Shown: piece after piece, positions 40,249 to 50,517 of the stretch | Numbering within the stretch: position 1 is the stretch's first letter | Layout: every line of letters begins with the position of its first letter | Assembly (NCBI GenBank): GCA_964538765.1 | Contig: CAZIHS010000002.1 | Coordinates: 1,327-65,326, forward strand | Reading direction: 5' to 3' | DNA: 64,000 nt | From: an uncultured Gammaproteobacteria bacterium | GTDB taxonomy: Bacteria > Patescibacteriota > Microgenomatia > UBA12405 | Position numbers and translations under genes: made by a program | The notes under the pieces: model-generated | The model's database searches: none | Told to the model about the DNA's origin: nothing | Seen by the model: the letters and a program-made list of their open reading frames with translations, nothing else

Positions 40249-41501
40249 TCAATAAGCCCAAATACTATATAATCGCCATAACCATAGGCTATTGTGTCTC
40301 TAAGTTTAATCCAGTCAAGCACTTTTACCCCTTTCCCCTCTAATATGCTCTGCCAGTTATCATCAAAACTATTACCACTGTGCCTTCCAATAAACTCACC
40401 CACAAACCCGATATATACACCTCTGCTTACGTCTCCATCATTTTTCATATCAAAACCAGCAACACGAACACCGCTGCAGTTTGCAATATAGTATCGACAA
40501 AAACTCTCTCCCTTTCCAAGTCTTCCCGAAACCGTTATCTCCCCGGGTACTAAAGATTTTGCCTCTATAGCTTTTTCAAACATATACCGGTAAGCAAGCG
40601 GACGATTATCAAGCCAATGGTCTGGTCGGCTAGTCAGATCAAAATAAAAGGCCTGAAACCCGTAAACATAAAGAAATAATGTTAACAATCCAAACGACCG
40701 GCCAGACATGTTTCGCAAATACAATGAACTTGTATATGCAACCAGCCAAAGCGTCAGGCTGTGCCGGTTCCACCACTCACTACCGCCTACCAAATAGTTA
40801 ATTAATGCCACTGTCATTAAAAACAAAACTAGTTTGACTTCTTTTTCACTTTTCCGTACGTAAACGATTGCCAAAATTAGCCAAAATACTGCCGGCCAAA
40901 ATAAAATCGGCATCTCTTTTTTCATGTTCGGATGTATTTCAGCAAAATAAATATCTTCCAGGCTAAAAAATGACATCACCTCCTTGATTTCGTCCCTAAT
41001 GATCAAACCGTACTTGTTATTCGCTACTCTTCTAAAAATCATTGGTAGTCTAATCCTGTTGTCAATTTCATCCTCACGACTAAATCTCTCAATCGCAATT
41101 ATTTGAGCCCTTTTTAAAGAAAGATTATCCAAAATAACCGGTTTGGCTCCGTCCCTGTAATATTGACCAAAAAAATATAAAATCATAATGGCGAAAAGAG
41201 CGGTAATTAGCAAATATGTTCTATTTTTATATTTATTAGAAACCAGCCAAAAAATAAAGGCAAAAATAAGCCATTTTATGGCTTCAACGGGATAACACCA
41301 CCCTATTACAAAACTGACCGGAGAGGAAATGATAAGCAGAATCGAAAATAATGCCACCTTTCGATCGTATTTAAGTGTTCGGTAAGTCAAAAACAGCACC
41401 AGACACAATAACCCAAGCGTAACTAACCTTACAAAAGACGTACCTCCCCAAAGCTGATAAGCAGTTGGCGGATAGTTCCACCATCCTATTTGACCACTCA
41501 C
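40245..41501 (-). CDS. Divergent GT-C paralogue lacking the N-terminal acidic catalytic loop
   Basis: Retains VRL, ISSP and the NNKY..SFFS..IYF segment of DE-class paralogues, but has no DE/GYNA loop. Confidence 0.55.
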   Translation of the reverse strand: MSGQIGWWNYPPTAYQLWGGTSFVRLVTLGLLCLVLFLTYRTLKYDRKVALFSILLIISSPVSFVIGWCYPVEAIKWLIFAFIFWLVSNKYKNRTYLLITALFAIMILYFFGQYYRDGAKPVILDNLSLKRAQIIAIERFSREDEIDNRIRLPMIFRRVANNKYGLIIRDEIKEVMSFFSLEDIYFAEIHPNMKKEMPILFWPAVFWLILAIVYVRKSEKEVKLVLFLMTVALINYLVGGSEWWNRHSLTLWLVAYTSSLYLRNMSGRSFGLLTLFLYVYGFQAFYFDLTSRPDHWLDNRPLAYRYMFEKAIEAKSLVPGEITVSGRLGKGESFCRYYIANCSGVRVAGFDMKNDGDVSRGVYIGFVGEFIGRHSGNSFDDNWQSILEGKGVKVLDWIKLRDTIAYGYGDYIVFGLIE

Positions 41502-41507
41502 CGACCT

Positions 41508-41537
41508 ATTATAAACCTCCTGCCAAAAGTATAAAAT
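41508..41537. promoter_or_regulatory. Divergent -10 boxes
   Basis: Minus TATAAT (41513-41508) is 6 nt from GTG 41501; plus TAAAAT (41532-41537) is 9 nt from ATG 41547. Confidence 0.55.
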
Positions 41538-41546
41538 ACCTCTATA

Positions 41547-43187
41547 ATGCCTCGAACGCTGACTTTGGCCTTGATTGTTGTAATCGCCTTATTTATCCGA
41601 ACCTTTAATCTTTCCTCAATCCCTCCGGCTCTTTTTTCAGACGAAATCGATGCCGGCTATCAGGCCATGGTGTTTAACCGCTTTGGTTCAGACTATTTCG
41701 GAAACAAGTTTCCGGTTCATTTCCATTCTTTTTCCGACTGGCGAACCCCGCTTTACATATATTCTGTTGCCATTTTTCAAAAAATCGGTTTCAGCCCCGA
41801 AACCTCTATCAGGCTACCATCAGTGTTTTATAGTCTGCCGTGCCTGTTGTTTTTATATTTATTAACCAAATCATTAATTCCTCCGTTTATGTTTTCTTTA
41901 TCACCGTGGGCTGTTCACTACGGTCGAACAGGCTTTGAAGTCAGTGGTATGCTTTTTTGTCAAATAGCCTCGATAGTTTTTCTGCAAAATGGTTTAAAAA
42001 ATCGCTCTACTATTAAGCTTGCCGTCAGCCAACTTCTCCTAATATCATCTATCTATTTTTATAGCACTGCCAAACTCTTTGTTCCGTTTATTATACTTGC
42101 CGAAATTTATATCTACAGGCAGGCCCTGCGCAAATTTAGCAATAAAAGTCTTTTTATTGTTGGCCTCATTAGCCTGGTATTCATAGTCCCGCTAGTAAGA
42201 GACACCCTTCTTCGCCGAACCGGTTTTCGTTTTTCATACATCAGCATTATTACCGACCCGCAAGTTAAAAATCAGGTTGATTATCAACGTTATCAGGACA
42301 TTATCCTAAGCCATCAAAATCAAATTGGCGTAAGCCCTACTATATTTTCAAAAATAATTCATAACCGTTACACAAAAATTATCCAAACATTCCTGTTAAA
42401 CTACACCTCCTCTTTTTCTACTCAATTCCTGATTACAACCGGCGACACCAACCTTCGCCATGGTTTTGGAAACCGCGGCTATCTATACATCATCGACTTA
42501 TTACTTATAGCAACGGCAATTTTTACAATTTATAGATCACCCTCAAAGTTGTCCCTACTGTTCCTTATTTCACTTATTATTGCCCCCATCCCCTTTTCGC
42601 TTACCCGTGATTCAACTTCTCCTCATGCCACGAGATTAATTCTGATGCTTCCATCCTTAATATACCTTTCATACTTCGGCTTTGCCAAACTAGTTTCCCG
42701 TTATCAAATATTGGGGCCATTAATTATTATCGTGTATACAACCTCTTTTCTCCTGTTTTGGCACGATTATCAACTTCATTACCCTTTGGTATCGGCCCGA
42801 TATTGGCATTATGGTATTAAAGAGGCCGTTTTAGCCGCCACCCAAAATAATCCTTCTTCAATATATTTTTCAAACTCAGCCGAACCCTTTTTGCCATTCT
42901 TTCTTTTCTACCACCGCTATCTTCCTGCCTCATCAAAAGGAAACATTGCCTCGCAATTAACCAGCTACCGCGATAGCCGGTTTGACGGAAAGCAACTAGA
43001 AAGTAAGTACTATTTTGGCAATTTCACCTCAAACCTTACTGGTTTCCCTCCGGGCTCCTTACTTGTCCTGCCCCGGCTTGAGTATTATTCCAATCAAAAT
43101 TTTGCCTCTTTTAAAATCGTCCACCAAACACCTTTAAAATACCCTGAACAAGATCAGTTTTTTGTTTTAAATCCAAATGAAACATAA
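41547..43187 (+). CDS. GT-C fold glycosyltransferase, DE class
   Basis: FSDEIDAGY, SFSDWRTP, IRLPS, SPWAVHYGR, GDTNLRH. Confidence 0.85.
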   Translation: MPRTLTLALIVVIALFIRTFNLSSIPPALFSDEIDAGYQAMVFNRFGSDYFGNKFPVHFHSFSDWRTPLYIYSVAIFQKIGFSPETSIRLPSVFYSLPCLLFLYLLTKSLIPPFMFSLSPWAVHYGRTGFEVSGMLFCQIASIVFLQNGLKNRSTIKLAVSQLLLISSIYFYSTAKLFVPFIILAEIYIYRQALRKFSNKSLFIVGLISLVFIVPLVRDTLLRRTGFRFSYISIITDPQVKNQVDYQRYQDIILSHQNQIGVSPTIFSKIIHNRYTKIIQTFLLNYTSSFSTQFLITTGDTNLRHGFGNRGYLYIIDLLLIATAIFTIYRSPSKLSLLFLISLIIAPIPFSLTRDSTSPHATRLILMLPSLIYLSYFGFAKLVSRYQILGPLIIIVYTTSFLLFWHDYQLHYPLVSARYWHYGIKEAVLAATQNNPSSIYFSNSAEPFLPFFLFYHRYLPASSKGNIASQLTSYRDSRFDGKQLESKYYFGNFTSNLTGFPPGSLLVLPRLEYYSNQNFASFKIVHQTPLKYPEQDQFFVLNPNET

Positions 43188-44886
43188 ATTTTTTAAAGGA
43201 TATTTGGTAACTCTTGCGTTGTTTTTACTTTTTATATTTTCTTCCTGGCGGCTACTTCGGCCGGGATACTATTCGATGCAAGACGACATCCATGTTTTCC
43301 GGCTTTGGCAGTATCACCAATGTTTTAAGGACCATCAACTGCCATGCCGGTATGTTCCCGACGCTGGTTTTGGATACGGATATCCTCTGTTTAATTTTTA
43401 TTCACCGTTTTTCTATCAGGGCAGCCATCTTTTTTACCTTCTCGGCTTCTCACTTATTAATAGCATCAAAATTATGGTGGTTACTTCCAATGCCCTAATG
43501 GTCATCGGCATCTTTCTTTTAGCCGGCTTTCTATTTAACACCCCCGCCGCTGTTATTGTTTCGGCACTTTACACTTTAGCCCCCTACCACGCCCTTAACG
43601 TTTACGTACGTGGCGCCTTCTCTGAAAACCTGTCGCTCTCAATTCTGCCTATTTTAATTTATCTGACCCTGAAGTTTATCAAAATCACTTCCTTTTCAAC
43701 CGGCATCATCTTTACACTCTTCTTCACAACATATTTACTATCACACAACCTTTCAATAATTTATGGTCTACCCCTAATAGTTCTGTTCATAATAGTAATT
43801 TACTATAAACAGCCAGACCTAAAAAAAAGACTAATTAAATTTTCTATTTTCCCCATAATCTCGTTAGGAATTTCCTCATACTTTCTTATACCGGCAATTT
43901 TTGAAAAACGATTTACCACAGTTACAACCATGACCCAGGGGTATTTCAGCTTTATAAACCACTTCGTAACTCTTAAGCAGTTATTTACAGATCGAAACTG
44001 GAGTTATGGCGCCTCTCTTTGGGGTCCCAACGACGACATGTCTTTTCAAGTTGGAATTATTCATTGGATTGTCCCATTAATTTTTCTTCTAATTTTAACT
44101 GTAAAATATCTTACATCAAAAAATATTTCCTTTCCGTTTCATCAAGACCGTCTGGCATTATACCTATGCCTGATATCAATCCTGTTTATGTTTCTTACCC
44201 ACAACAGGTCAACTCCTCTTTGGCAATTGTTTCCCTTTATGCCATATTTTCAATTTCCCTGGCGCTTCTTAGGCCCTCTTTCCTTAACCCTGTCTTTGCT
44301 ATCCGGATATCTCTACTACCGGCTATTTTCATCCCATCCTCACCCAGTGACTATCTTGGTAATAATCATATCTTTGGTCACTTATCTAAACCTGCCATAT
44401 TTTAAAGAAGACATTTGGTATCCGGGTTACACCGATAAAGACAGGCTGACACCCTCTGAAATAGTTCGCCAAAGTGGGGCAGGTTTAAAAGATTACTGGC
44501 CAAACTATGGCACCAAGTTTCCGGATACTTATTCAAACAATACTCCTAAAATAGAAGCGGGAAAAGTCAAAACACTCGATTTTAAGAAAAATTCAACATC
44601 AGCAACCGCCTCCTTTCTTGTTATTTCTGATTCAGCCACTATTGTCTTGCCAGTTGTATTTTTTCCTAAAATGTCAACCTATGTTGACGGCAAACCAATT
44701 CAATTCTTCATCGACCCAGAGTATGGACTTATCAAAGTTAACCTTCCCAACGGCTCCCATCAATTGCTAGTTGAACTAAAAAATACCCCGGTTCGAATTT
44801 TTTCTAATATTATCTCCGGATTAAGTTTAATTGCCCTTTTCTGGCTAATACTATCCCACTCTATTCGAAAAGAATTCCGCCTATGA
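43177..44886 (+). CDS. GT-C fold membrane protein, YfhO/'PTPS-related' class (paralogue of 23219)
   Basis: MQDD, PDAGFGYGYPLFNFYSP, APYH..YVRGA.SE, QFPWRFL. Confidence 0.8.
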   Translation: MKHKFFKGYLVTLALFLLFIFSSWRLLRPGYYSMQDDIHVFRLWQYHQCFKDHQLPCRYVPDAGFGYGYPLFNFYSPFFYQGSHLFYLLGFSLINSIKIMVVTSNALMVIGIFLLAGFLFNTPAAVIVSALYTLAPYHALNVYVRGAFSENLSLSILPILIYLTLKFIKITSFSTGIIFTLFFTTYLLSHNLSIIYGLPLIVLFIIVIYYKQPDLKKRLIKFSIFPIISLGISSYFLIPAIFEKRFTTVTTMTQGYFSFINHFVTLKQLFTDRNWSYGASLWGPNDDMSFQVGIIHWIVPLIFLLILTVKYLTSKNISFPFHQDRLALYLCLISILFMFLTHNRSTPLWQLFPFMPYFQFPWRFLGPLSLTLSLLSGYLYYRLFSSHPHPVTILVIIISLVTYLNLPYFKEDIWYPGYTDKDRLTPSEIVRQSGAGLKDYWPNYGTKFPDTYSNNTPKIEAGKVKTLDFKKNSTSATASFLVISDSATIVLPVVFFPKMSTYVDGKPIQFFIDPEYGLIKVNLPNGSHQLLVELKNTPVRIFSNIISGLSLIALFWLILSHSIRKEFRL

Positions 44887-46490
44887 CAAAATTTTATCAA
44901 AAATTCCTGTTTATTCTAATCCTTTTTCTTGCAATATTTCTGCGGTTTTACCGCCTTGGCTCGCTGATGCCATCCCTAAATTGGGACGAAATATCTCACG
45001 GTTATAACGCCTACAGCCTGCTTAAAACCGGAAAAGACCAATGGAACCAACCCTTTCCAGTATTTAACTTTCGTGCCTATGGAGACTACCCGATGGCCGC
45101 GAATCTCTACCTAACCCTTCCCTTTATTAAAGTTTTCGGTCTAAACAATTATTCTGTGCGACTACCCTCCGCGGTCCTTGGCTCCATATTCGTAGTTATA
45201 ATTTACCTGTTTGTCTACAAGGTAACTCGAAACCAGCTGCTTTCCTTGGTTATTATGACTGCTTCTGCCATCATTCCATGGACTCTATTTCCTTCAAGAG
45301 CGGTTTTTCAATCAAACCTGGCTCAGTTGTTTTTACTGCTCAGCTTACTGCTCCTGATTATTTCTAGGTCAAAAATACGGTTCTTTCCCTTTTCAATATT
45401 ATTCCTGGTTGTCTCAAGCTATTGTTATCACAACACCCGTTTTTTAAGTCCGTTTTTAATAGTCGCTTACTTCACCCATTATTGTTACTACCACCATCAT
45501 CTTCAAAATTTTAAAAAAATTCTATTAACATCGTCGCTAATACTGCTCCTTTACCTCCCAAATTTTTTTAATATCTTTCAACCTGAAAGCTGGGCTCGGA
45601 CTCAATGGGTTGGAGTTCTTGGCCAAAACTCCATCAATATTATCAACGAAAAAAGACGCCTTTTTAACGGACCACAATTTGTTAGCCGCATCGTCTACAA
45701 CAAAGCTTCATTCCTGGGCAATGTACTGGTAAAAAACTATCTTAGCTTTTTTAATCCTTCCTATATATTTTTCAGAGGCAGTCAAAATTACCAGTTTAAC
45801 CCGCCCCAAACCCCGTTAATATTTTCAGTATTTCTCCCGTTCTTTTATATTGGAATTTACCCGTTACTTAAAAAATATCCTTTCCTGTTTTTTATGTGGA
45901 TGCTTACGCTTCTGCCGGCAGCTCTCACAATTGGCGACTATCCCTCAATAAGGATGACAATAGCTGTTCCATTTTATCTTTTATCTATTGCTCTCGGTAT
46001 TTCAGCCACAATAAAAGTTCTAAAAAGCTCATATCCTGCATACCTGTTTATTGTTATCGTTTCTCTAATTCAACTTAACTTCTGGTGGCAACGCTATTCC
46101 ACAGATTACGCAACAAACTATTCTCAAGCGTGGCAATATGGCTACCAGCCGGCTGTCGACTATATCAGAGCTGTATATAAAAAATACGACCATGTTGTCT
46201 TTACTAAAAAATATGGTGAACCGCACCAATTTATTTTATTTTATTGGCCATGGGAACCTGCCATCTACCAGTCGTCTCCTGTTTTGTGGGATTTTCATTC
46301 TGGATGGTACTGGGTAAACTCATTTGATAAGTTTACTTTTATAGACGACTGGCAAATAAAAGATCAGACATTTTATCCCAAAACGCTCCTGATTACCTCG
46401 CCTGACAATGTTCCAAATATCAATTTAACTAAACTGAAAACCATATATTATCCAAACAGCAAACCCGTATTCGAAATATATGAAAACTAA
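44883..46490 (+). CDS. GT-C fold glycosyltransferase, DE class
   Basis: NWDEISHGYNAYSL, GKDQW, AYGDYP, VRLPSA, WQYGY. Confidence 0.85.
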   Translation: MTKFYQKFLFILILFLAIFLRFYRLGSLMPSLNWDEISHGYNAYSLLKTGKDQWNQPFPVFNFRAYGDYPMAANLYLTLPFIKVFGLNNYSVRLPSAVLGSIFVVIIYLFVYKVTRNQLLSLVIMTASAIIPWTLFPSRAVFQSNLAQLFLLLSLLLLIISRSKIRFFPFSILFLVVSSYCYHNTRFLSPFLIVAYFTHYCYYHHHLQNFKKILLTSSLILLLYLPNFFNIFQPESWARTQWVGVLGQNSINIINEKRRLFNGPQFVSRIVYNKASFLGNVLVKNYLSFFNPSYIFFRGSQNYQFNPPQTPLIFSVFLPFFYIGIYPLLKKYPFLFFMWMLTLLPAALTIGDYPSIRMTIAVPFYLLSIALGISATIKVLKSSYPAYLFIVIVSLIQLNFWWQRYSTDYATNYSQAWQYGYQPAVDYIRAVYKKYDHVVFTKKYGEPHQFILFYWPWEPAIYQSSPVLWDFHSGWYWVNSFDKFTFIDDWQIKDQTFYPKTLLITSPDNVPNINLTKLKTIYYPNSKPVFEIYEN

Positions 46491-48132
46491 ACATAAAACC
46501 ACTCTCTTGCTGATTATCATTACTATTATTTCACTAATATTAAGATTGCACTCACTAAACTCATATCCGCCTCTTCTCTGGGACGAAGCCTCACTTGGAT
46601 ACAATGCCTACTCAATATTAACTACCGGAAAGGACGAACATGGCGCTGTTTTACCTATATTTTTTAAATCATTTGGTGACTACAAGCCTGGTCTATATGT
46701 ATATTTAACTATCCCGTTTGTCTATATTTTCGGTCTAAACACTTTATCAGTAAGACTCCCCTCAGCTCTACTTGGATCACTCCTTCCGCTTGTGTTCTAC
46801 TTATTGGTCAAACGCCTCACCGGCAATAGAAAACTATCTTTAATTTGCGCCTTAGTTTTAGCTTTTAACCCCTACAACCTTCATTATTCAAAAGGAGCCT
46901 GGGAAACAAACCTTTTATTATTCGAGCTGTGCCTTGCCTCATTACTCTACTACCATAATAAATATAATCTGGCCGCGGTTATTCTCGGCCTAACAATATA
47001 TTCATACCAAAGCGGAAAAATATTTAGCCTGATCCTCATCCTGGTCATATTTCTATCAAAACTATCCAGCATTAAAAATAATAAGCCGGCCGTCAAAGCA
47101 TTACTCCAAGTTTTCCCGGCCAGCTTTATGTTAATATTTCTGACTTTCTCCATTCCGGCAATTTTGGGGCTTATCTTTTCCCCTCAGGGGGACCGTTTGA
47201 AAGTCTTAAGCCTGTTTTCCTACCATCGGAGTATTCAGGAAACCGCTGAAATAAAAAAGGAATCTTTTGGACCTCTTGACTACAATTTATTTCACTCTGA
47301 AGCGATTTATTTTCTAAGGAATTTTATTCTGCGATACTTTAACAACTTTAGCCCGAAATTTCTAATTTTTGAAGGAGACTGGCAAAACCCCCGGCACAGT
47401 GCCCCCTACGCCGGCGTAATATTAATCCCTTCGTTTGCATTTCTAATAATCGGTCTTTTCGTTCGAAAAACAGTAAAAAGCACCAAAGCTTTCATATTTT
47501 TCATTCTTCTGCTTTTGCTTTCACCAATCCCGGCTTCTCTCACCCGTGATACTATCCAAGCCACCCGAAGCTTACCATTTTCCCTTCCACTGGTATATTT
47601 TACCTCACTCGGGTTATACCAGGCACTAAAACTGTGCCAAAAGCTCCTGATGTTACCAAGATATTTCTCTTTCGCCCTGGTATGCATTATCTACCTGTTC
47701 GCATTTATATATTATCAAGACTTATATTATAGCCATATGATTAAAAAGTCGCCAAAGGACTGGTTGTATGGTTACCAACAGGCCATCGAATACATTAAAC
47801 ACAACCGCATTCCAGAAACCAAAGTATACTTAACCAACTTTTACGGACAGCCCTACATATTTTACCTGTTTTTTAACAAATTCCCCCCAACTTTATATCA
47901 ACAGCAATCAAAGCTGATTTCAACCGGTCCGGATGTTGGACAAATTTATTCGATTAAAAGTGACAACATAATTTTTACCAGTCCCGATTTTAATAACCTT
48001 AAATATCAACCAAATACCCTGATCGTCATCTCGGACGACGAGGTTTTAAGGCAGGGGATAGACAAAAACCTGCTAACCCCGCTTTCCCAGATCGGCGGAA
48101 TTTCAACATTTTATGGCTACAAAACATACTAA
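46480..48132 (+). CDS. GT-C fold glycosyltransferase, DE class
   Basis: LWDEASLGYNAYSI, GKDEHG, SFGDYKPG, VRLPSA, GDWQNPRHS. Confidence 0.85.
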   Translation: MKTKHKTTLLLIIITIISLILRLHSLNSYPPLLWDEASLGYNAYSILTTGKDEHGAVLPIFFKSFGDYKPGLYVYLTIPFVYIFGLNTLSVRLPSALLGSLLPLVFYLLVKRLTGNRKLSLICALVLAFNPYNLHYSKGAWETNLLLFELCLASLLYYHNKYNLAAVILGLTIYSYQSGKIFSLILILVIFLSKLSSIKNNKPAVKALLQVFPASFMLIFLTFSIPAILGLIFSPQGDRLKVLSLFSYHRSIQETAEIKKESFGPLDYNLFHSEAIYFLRNFILRYFNNFSPKFLIFEGDWQNPRHSAPYAGVILIPSFAFLIIGLFVRKTVKSTKAFIFFILLLLLSPIPASLTRDTIQATRSLPFSLPLVYFTSLGLYQALKLCQKLLMLPRYFSFALVCIIYLFAFIYYQDLYYSHMIKKSPKDWLYGYQQAIEYIKHNRIPETKVYLTNFYGQPYIFYLFFNKFPPTLYQQQSKLISTGPDVGQIYSIKSDNIIFTSPDFNNLKYQPNTLIVISDDEVLRQGIDKNLLTPLSQIGGISTFYGYKTY

Positions 48133-49735
48133 TATCATTTTATCGATAATACTTTTGCTGGCTCTTGTTATTCGCGGCTGGCATCTCTCCTCCGTTCCAG
48201 CCTTAAATCCTGACGAAGCCTCGCTCGGCTACAATGCTTTTTCAATCATCAACACCTTAAAAGACGAGCATGGTTCACTTCTTCCAATTCATTTTAAATC
48301 CTTTGGTGACTTTAAGCCGGGAGGATATGTTTACCTGTCCATCCCCTTTATTAAAATATTCGGGCTAAATCCTTTGGCCGTAAGACTACCCAATCTGATA
48401 TTTTCTATTCTGGCGATATATATATTCTCCAAACTGATCCTGCTTCTTTCTGCTAACCAAACTTTAGCACTTATCTCCGCCGTCTTTTTATCAATTTCTC
48501 CCTGGCACATTCACTTTTCGCGCGGCGCCTGGGAAAGCAATGTCGCTCTCACTTTAATACTGGTAGCAAACTATTATTTTCTATTATTTGTTCGTCAGTC
48601 TAAAAATCGTTATCTATACTATTCTCTGGCCTTATTTTCAACCTCCCTCTATTTTTATCATTCAGCCCGCATTTTAGCTCCAACCTTACTGCTTTTCTTA
48701 TTAATCTCAAACTACAAAAAACTTGCAGATCATAAAATAACAGTTTTCACGGCTATTGCTTTATTTTTACTAATCGCTGGCCCGGTTACCATATCTTTTA
48801 TTACAAACGGTGGCAGTTCGAGATTTTCAGGAGTTGGCCTGTTGGCTGATCCCGGTCCGCTTTCCCGATCAGAGGAGTTATTAAACCACCACTCAAGTAC
48901 CCTTCTTGGCTACAGAACCATCCACAACCGCCGTTTGCTATACCTGCTATCATGGTCAGAAAAATATCTATCCCATTTCAGTCCCAACTTTTTATTCGTT
49001 ACCGGCGATGAAGTCCCCAGATCAAAATCTCCGGAGGTCGGCCAGCTAAACCTTATCGATTTCCCTTTGATTATAGTCGGCGCCTATATAATTTTTTCCA
49101 CCTCTTCATCTCTTGTTATTAAGAATTTTTATCTTTCCTGGTTCATTCTCGCCCCTTTGGCCTCTTCATTAACATTCCAATCACCGTCCGCACTACGTTC
49201 CCTGCCTCTGGTAATTCCCTTTATTGGGCTTTCTTCCACTGGCTTCTACTACATAGCCACAACCGTTCGGCGCAAAATTCCCGGTCTATTCGAAATCATA
49301 TCAATTATCGCCATTGCCGCCATCGTCTATTTCCATATATATTATTTAGACGCCTATTTTATTCACTCACCAAAAAGGTATCCATTTGCCTGGAACACGT
49401 CTGCCGACAAAATAGTCTCGGTTATAAACCAAAATAAGGATAAATACAATCAAGTATATCTTACAACTAAATATGACCAGCCATACATCCTATATTTATT
49501 TTATAGTCACTATCCACCGGCCCAAATTCAATCTCAAATAAAACTAACCCCAAAAGATCAGTTTGGCTTCTCGACGGTGTCCAAAATTGACAATATCTAT
49601 TTTGAAAAAATCAACTGGTCAAATATCCCGGCCAACTCTTTAGTTATAGCCGCAGACGAACCCGTGCCTCAAGGGCCTGCTAAGGTGCTAAATTTTCCAA
49701 ACGGTTCACCCGGTTATAATATATACATCAAATGA
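48113..49735 (+). CDS. GT-C fold glycosyltransferase, DE class
   Basis: NPDEASLGYNAFSI, KDEHG, SFGDFKPG, VRLPN, SPWHIHFSR. Confidence 0.85.
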   Translation: MATKHTNIILSIILLLALVIRGWHLSSVPALNPDEASLGYNAFSIINTLKDEHGSLLPIHFKSFGDFKPGGYVYLSIPFIKIFGLNPLAVRLPNLIFSILAIYIFSKLILLLSANQTLALISAVFLSISPWHIHFSRGAWESNVALTLILVANYYFLLFVRQSKNRYLYYSLALFSTSLYFYHSARILAPTLLLFLLISNYKKLADHKITVFTAIALFLLIAGPVTISFITNGGSSRFSGVGLLADPGPLSRSEELLNHHSSTLLGYRTIHNRRLLYLLSWSEKYLSHFSPNFLFVTGDEVPRSKSPEVGQLNLIDFPLIIVGAYIIFSTSSSLVIKNFYLSWFILAPLASSLTFQSPSALRSLPLVIPFIGLSSTGFYYIATTVRRKIPGLFEIISIIAIAAIVYFHIYYLDAYFIHSPKRYPFAWNTSADKIVSVINQNKDKYNQVYLTTKYDQPYILYLFYSHYPPAQIQSQIKLTPKDQFGFSTVSKIDNIYFEKINWSNIPANSLVIAADEPVPQGPAKVLNFPNGSPGYNIYIK

Positions 49736-50517
49736 ACAAAATAACAAAACAACCTCCCTCCTTATCGGTGGCCATTGCCACCTACAATGAACAAAACAAT
49801 ATCAAGCGCTGCCTTGACAGCGTCAAAATGCTAGCCAGCGAAATCATAATCGTCGACGGTCAATCAACCGACGGCACCATCTCTATTGCCAAAAAATATA
49901 AAAACACCAAAATAATATCTACAACAAATAAGCCAAACTTTCACCTCAACAAACAACTGGCAATAGACAATTGCACCTCAGATTGGATTCTGCAGCTTGA
50001 TGCGGACGAATCAGTTTCGCGAGAGTTAGCAAATGAAATAACAAAAACAATTGCTTCGACTCACCTTGATGGTTTCTGGATAAAACGCAAAAACTTTTTT
50101 CTGGGTAGATTTATCACCAAAGGCGGATTTTATCCTGATCCAACACTAAGGCTGTATCGTCGTGGAAAAGCCAGACTACCCTGTCAAGATGTCCACGAAC
50201 AGGCCGAAGTTAACGGACAAGTGGGTTGGTTGACAAATGATCTTCTCCATTTTTCCGACCCAACTTTCTCTCGCTACCTTCTCAGAAACGACCGGTACAC
50301 CTCTCTAATTGCCACAAAACTTTATGAAAATGGCGTCCGGGCAAATATTTTAAATTTTGTTAAGTATTTTTTTCTAAGGCCGACAATCACCTTTATATCT
50401 ACATATTTTCGACATCGAGGCTATGTTGACGGCTTTCCCGGCTTTGTCTTTTGTTTTTTTTCGGCACTTAGATTTCCAATATCTTTCGTCAAACTATGGG
50501 AACTGTCCAAAACATAA
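49732..50517 (+). CDS. GT2 glycosyltransferase (WaaE/KdtX-like)
   Basis: TYNEQ, VDGQSTDGT, LDADE, YPD..LRL, VHEQ, LLHF. Confidence 0.88.
   Translation: MNKITKQPPSLSVAIATYNEQNNIKRCLDSVKMLASEIIIVDGQSTDGTISIAKKYKNTKIISTTNKPNFHLNKQLAIDNCTSDWILQLDADESVSRELANEITKTIASTHLDGFWIKRKNFFLGRFITKGGFYPDPTLRLYRRGKARLPCQDVHEQAEVNGQVGWLTNDLLHFSDPTFSRYLLRNDRYTSLIATKLYENGVRANILNFVKYFFLRPTITFISTYFRHRGYVDGFPGFVFCFFSALRFPISFVKLWELSKT

Noticed and set aside
23219-44886. '6-pyruvoyl-tetrahydropterin synthase-related' label implying pterin synthesis for 23219 and 43177
   Set aside because: These are multi-TM proteins with a DD loop and YfhO-like features; no T-fold PTPS motifs are seen.
16461-49735. ArnT label implying lipid A modification or polymyxin resistance
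   Set aside because: No arn or lpx genes are in the window and the envelope genes (LCP, sortase signal) look monoderm-like; only the fold is supported.
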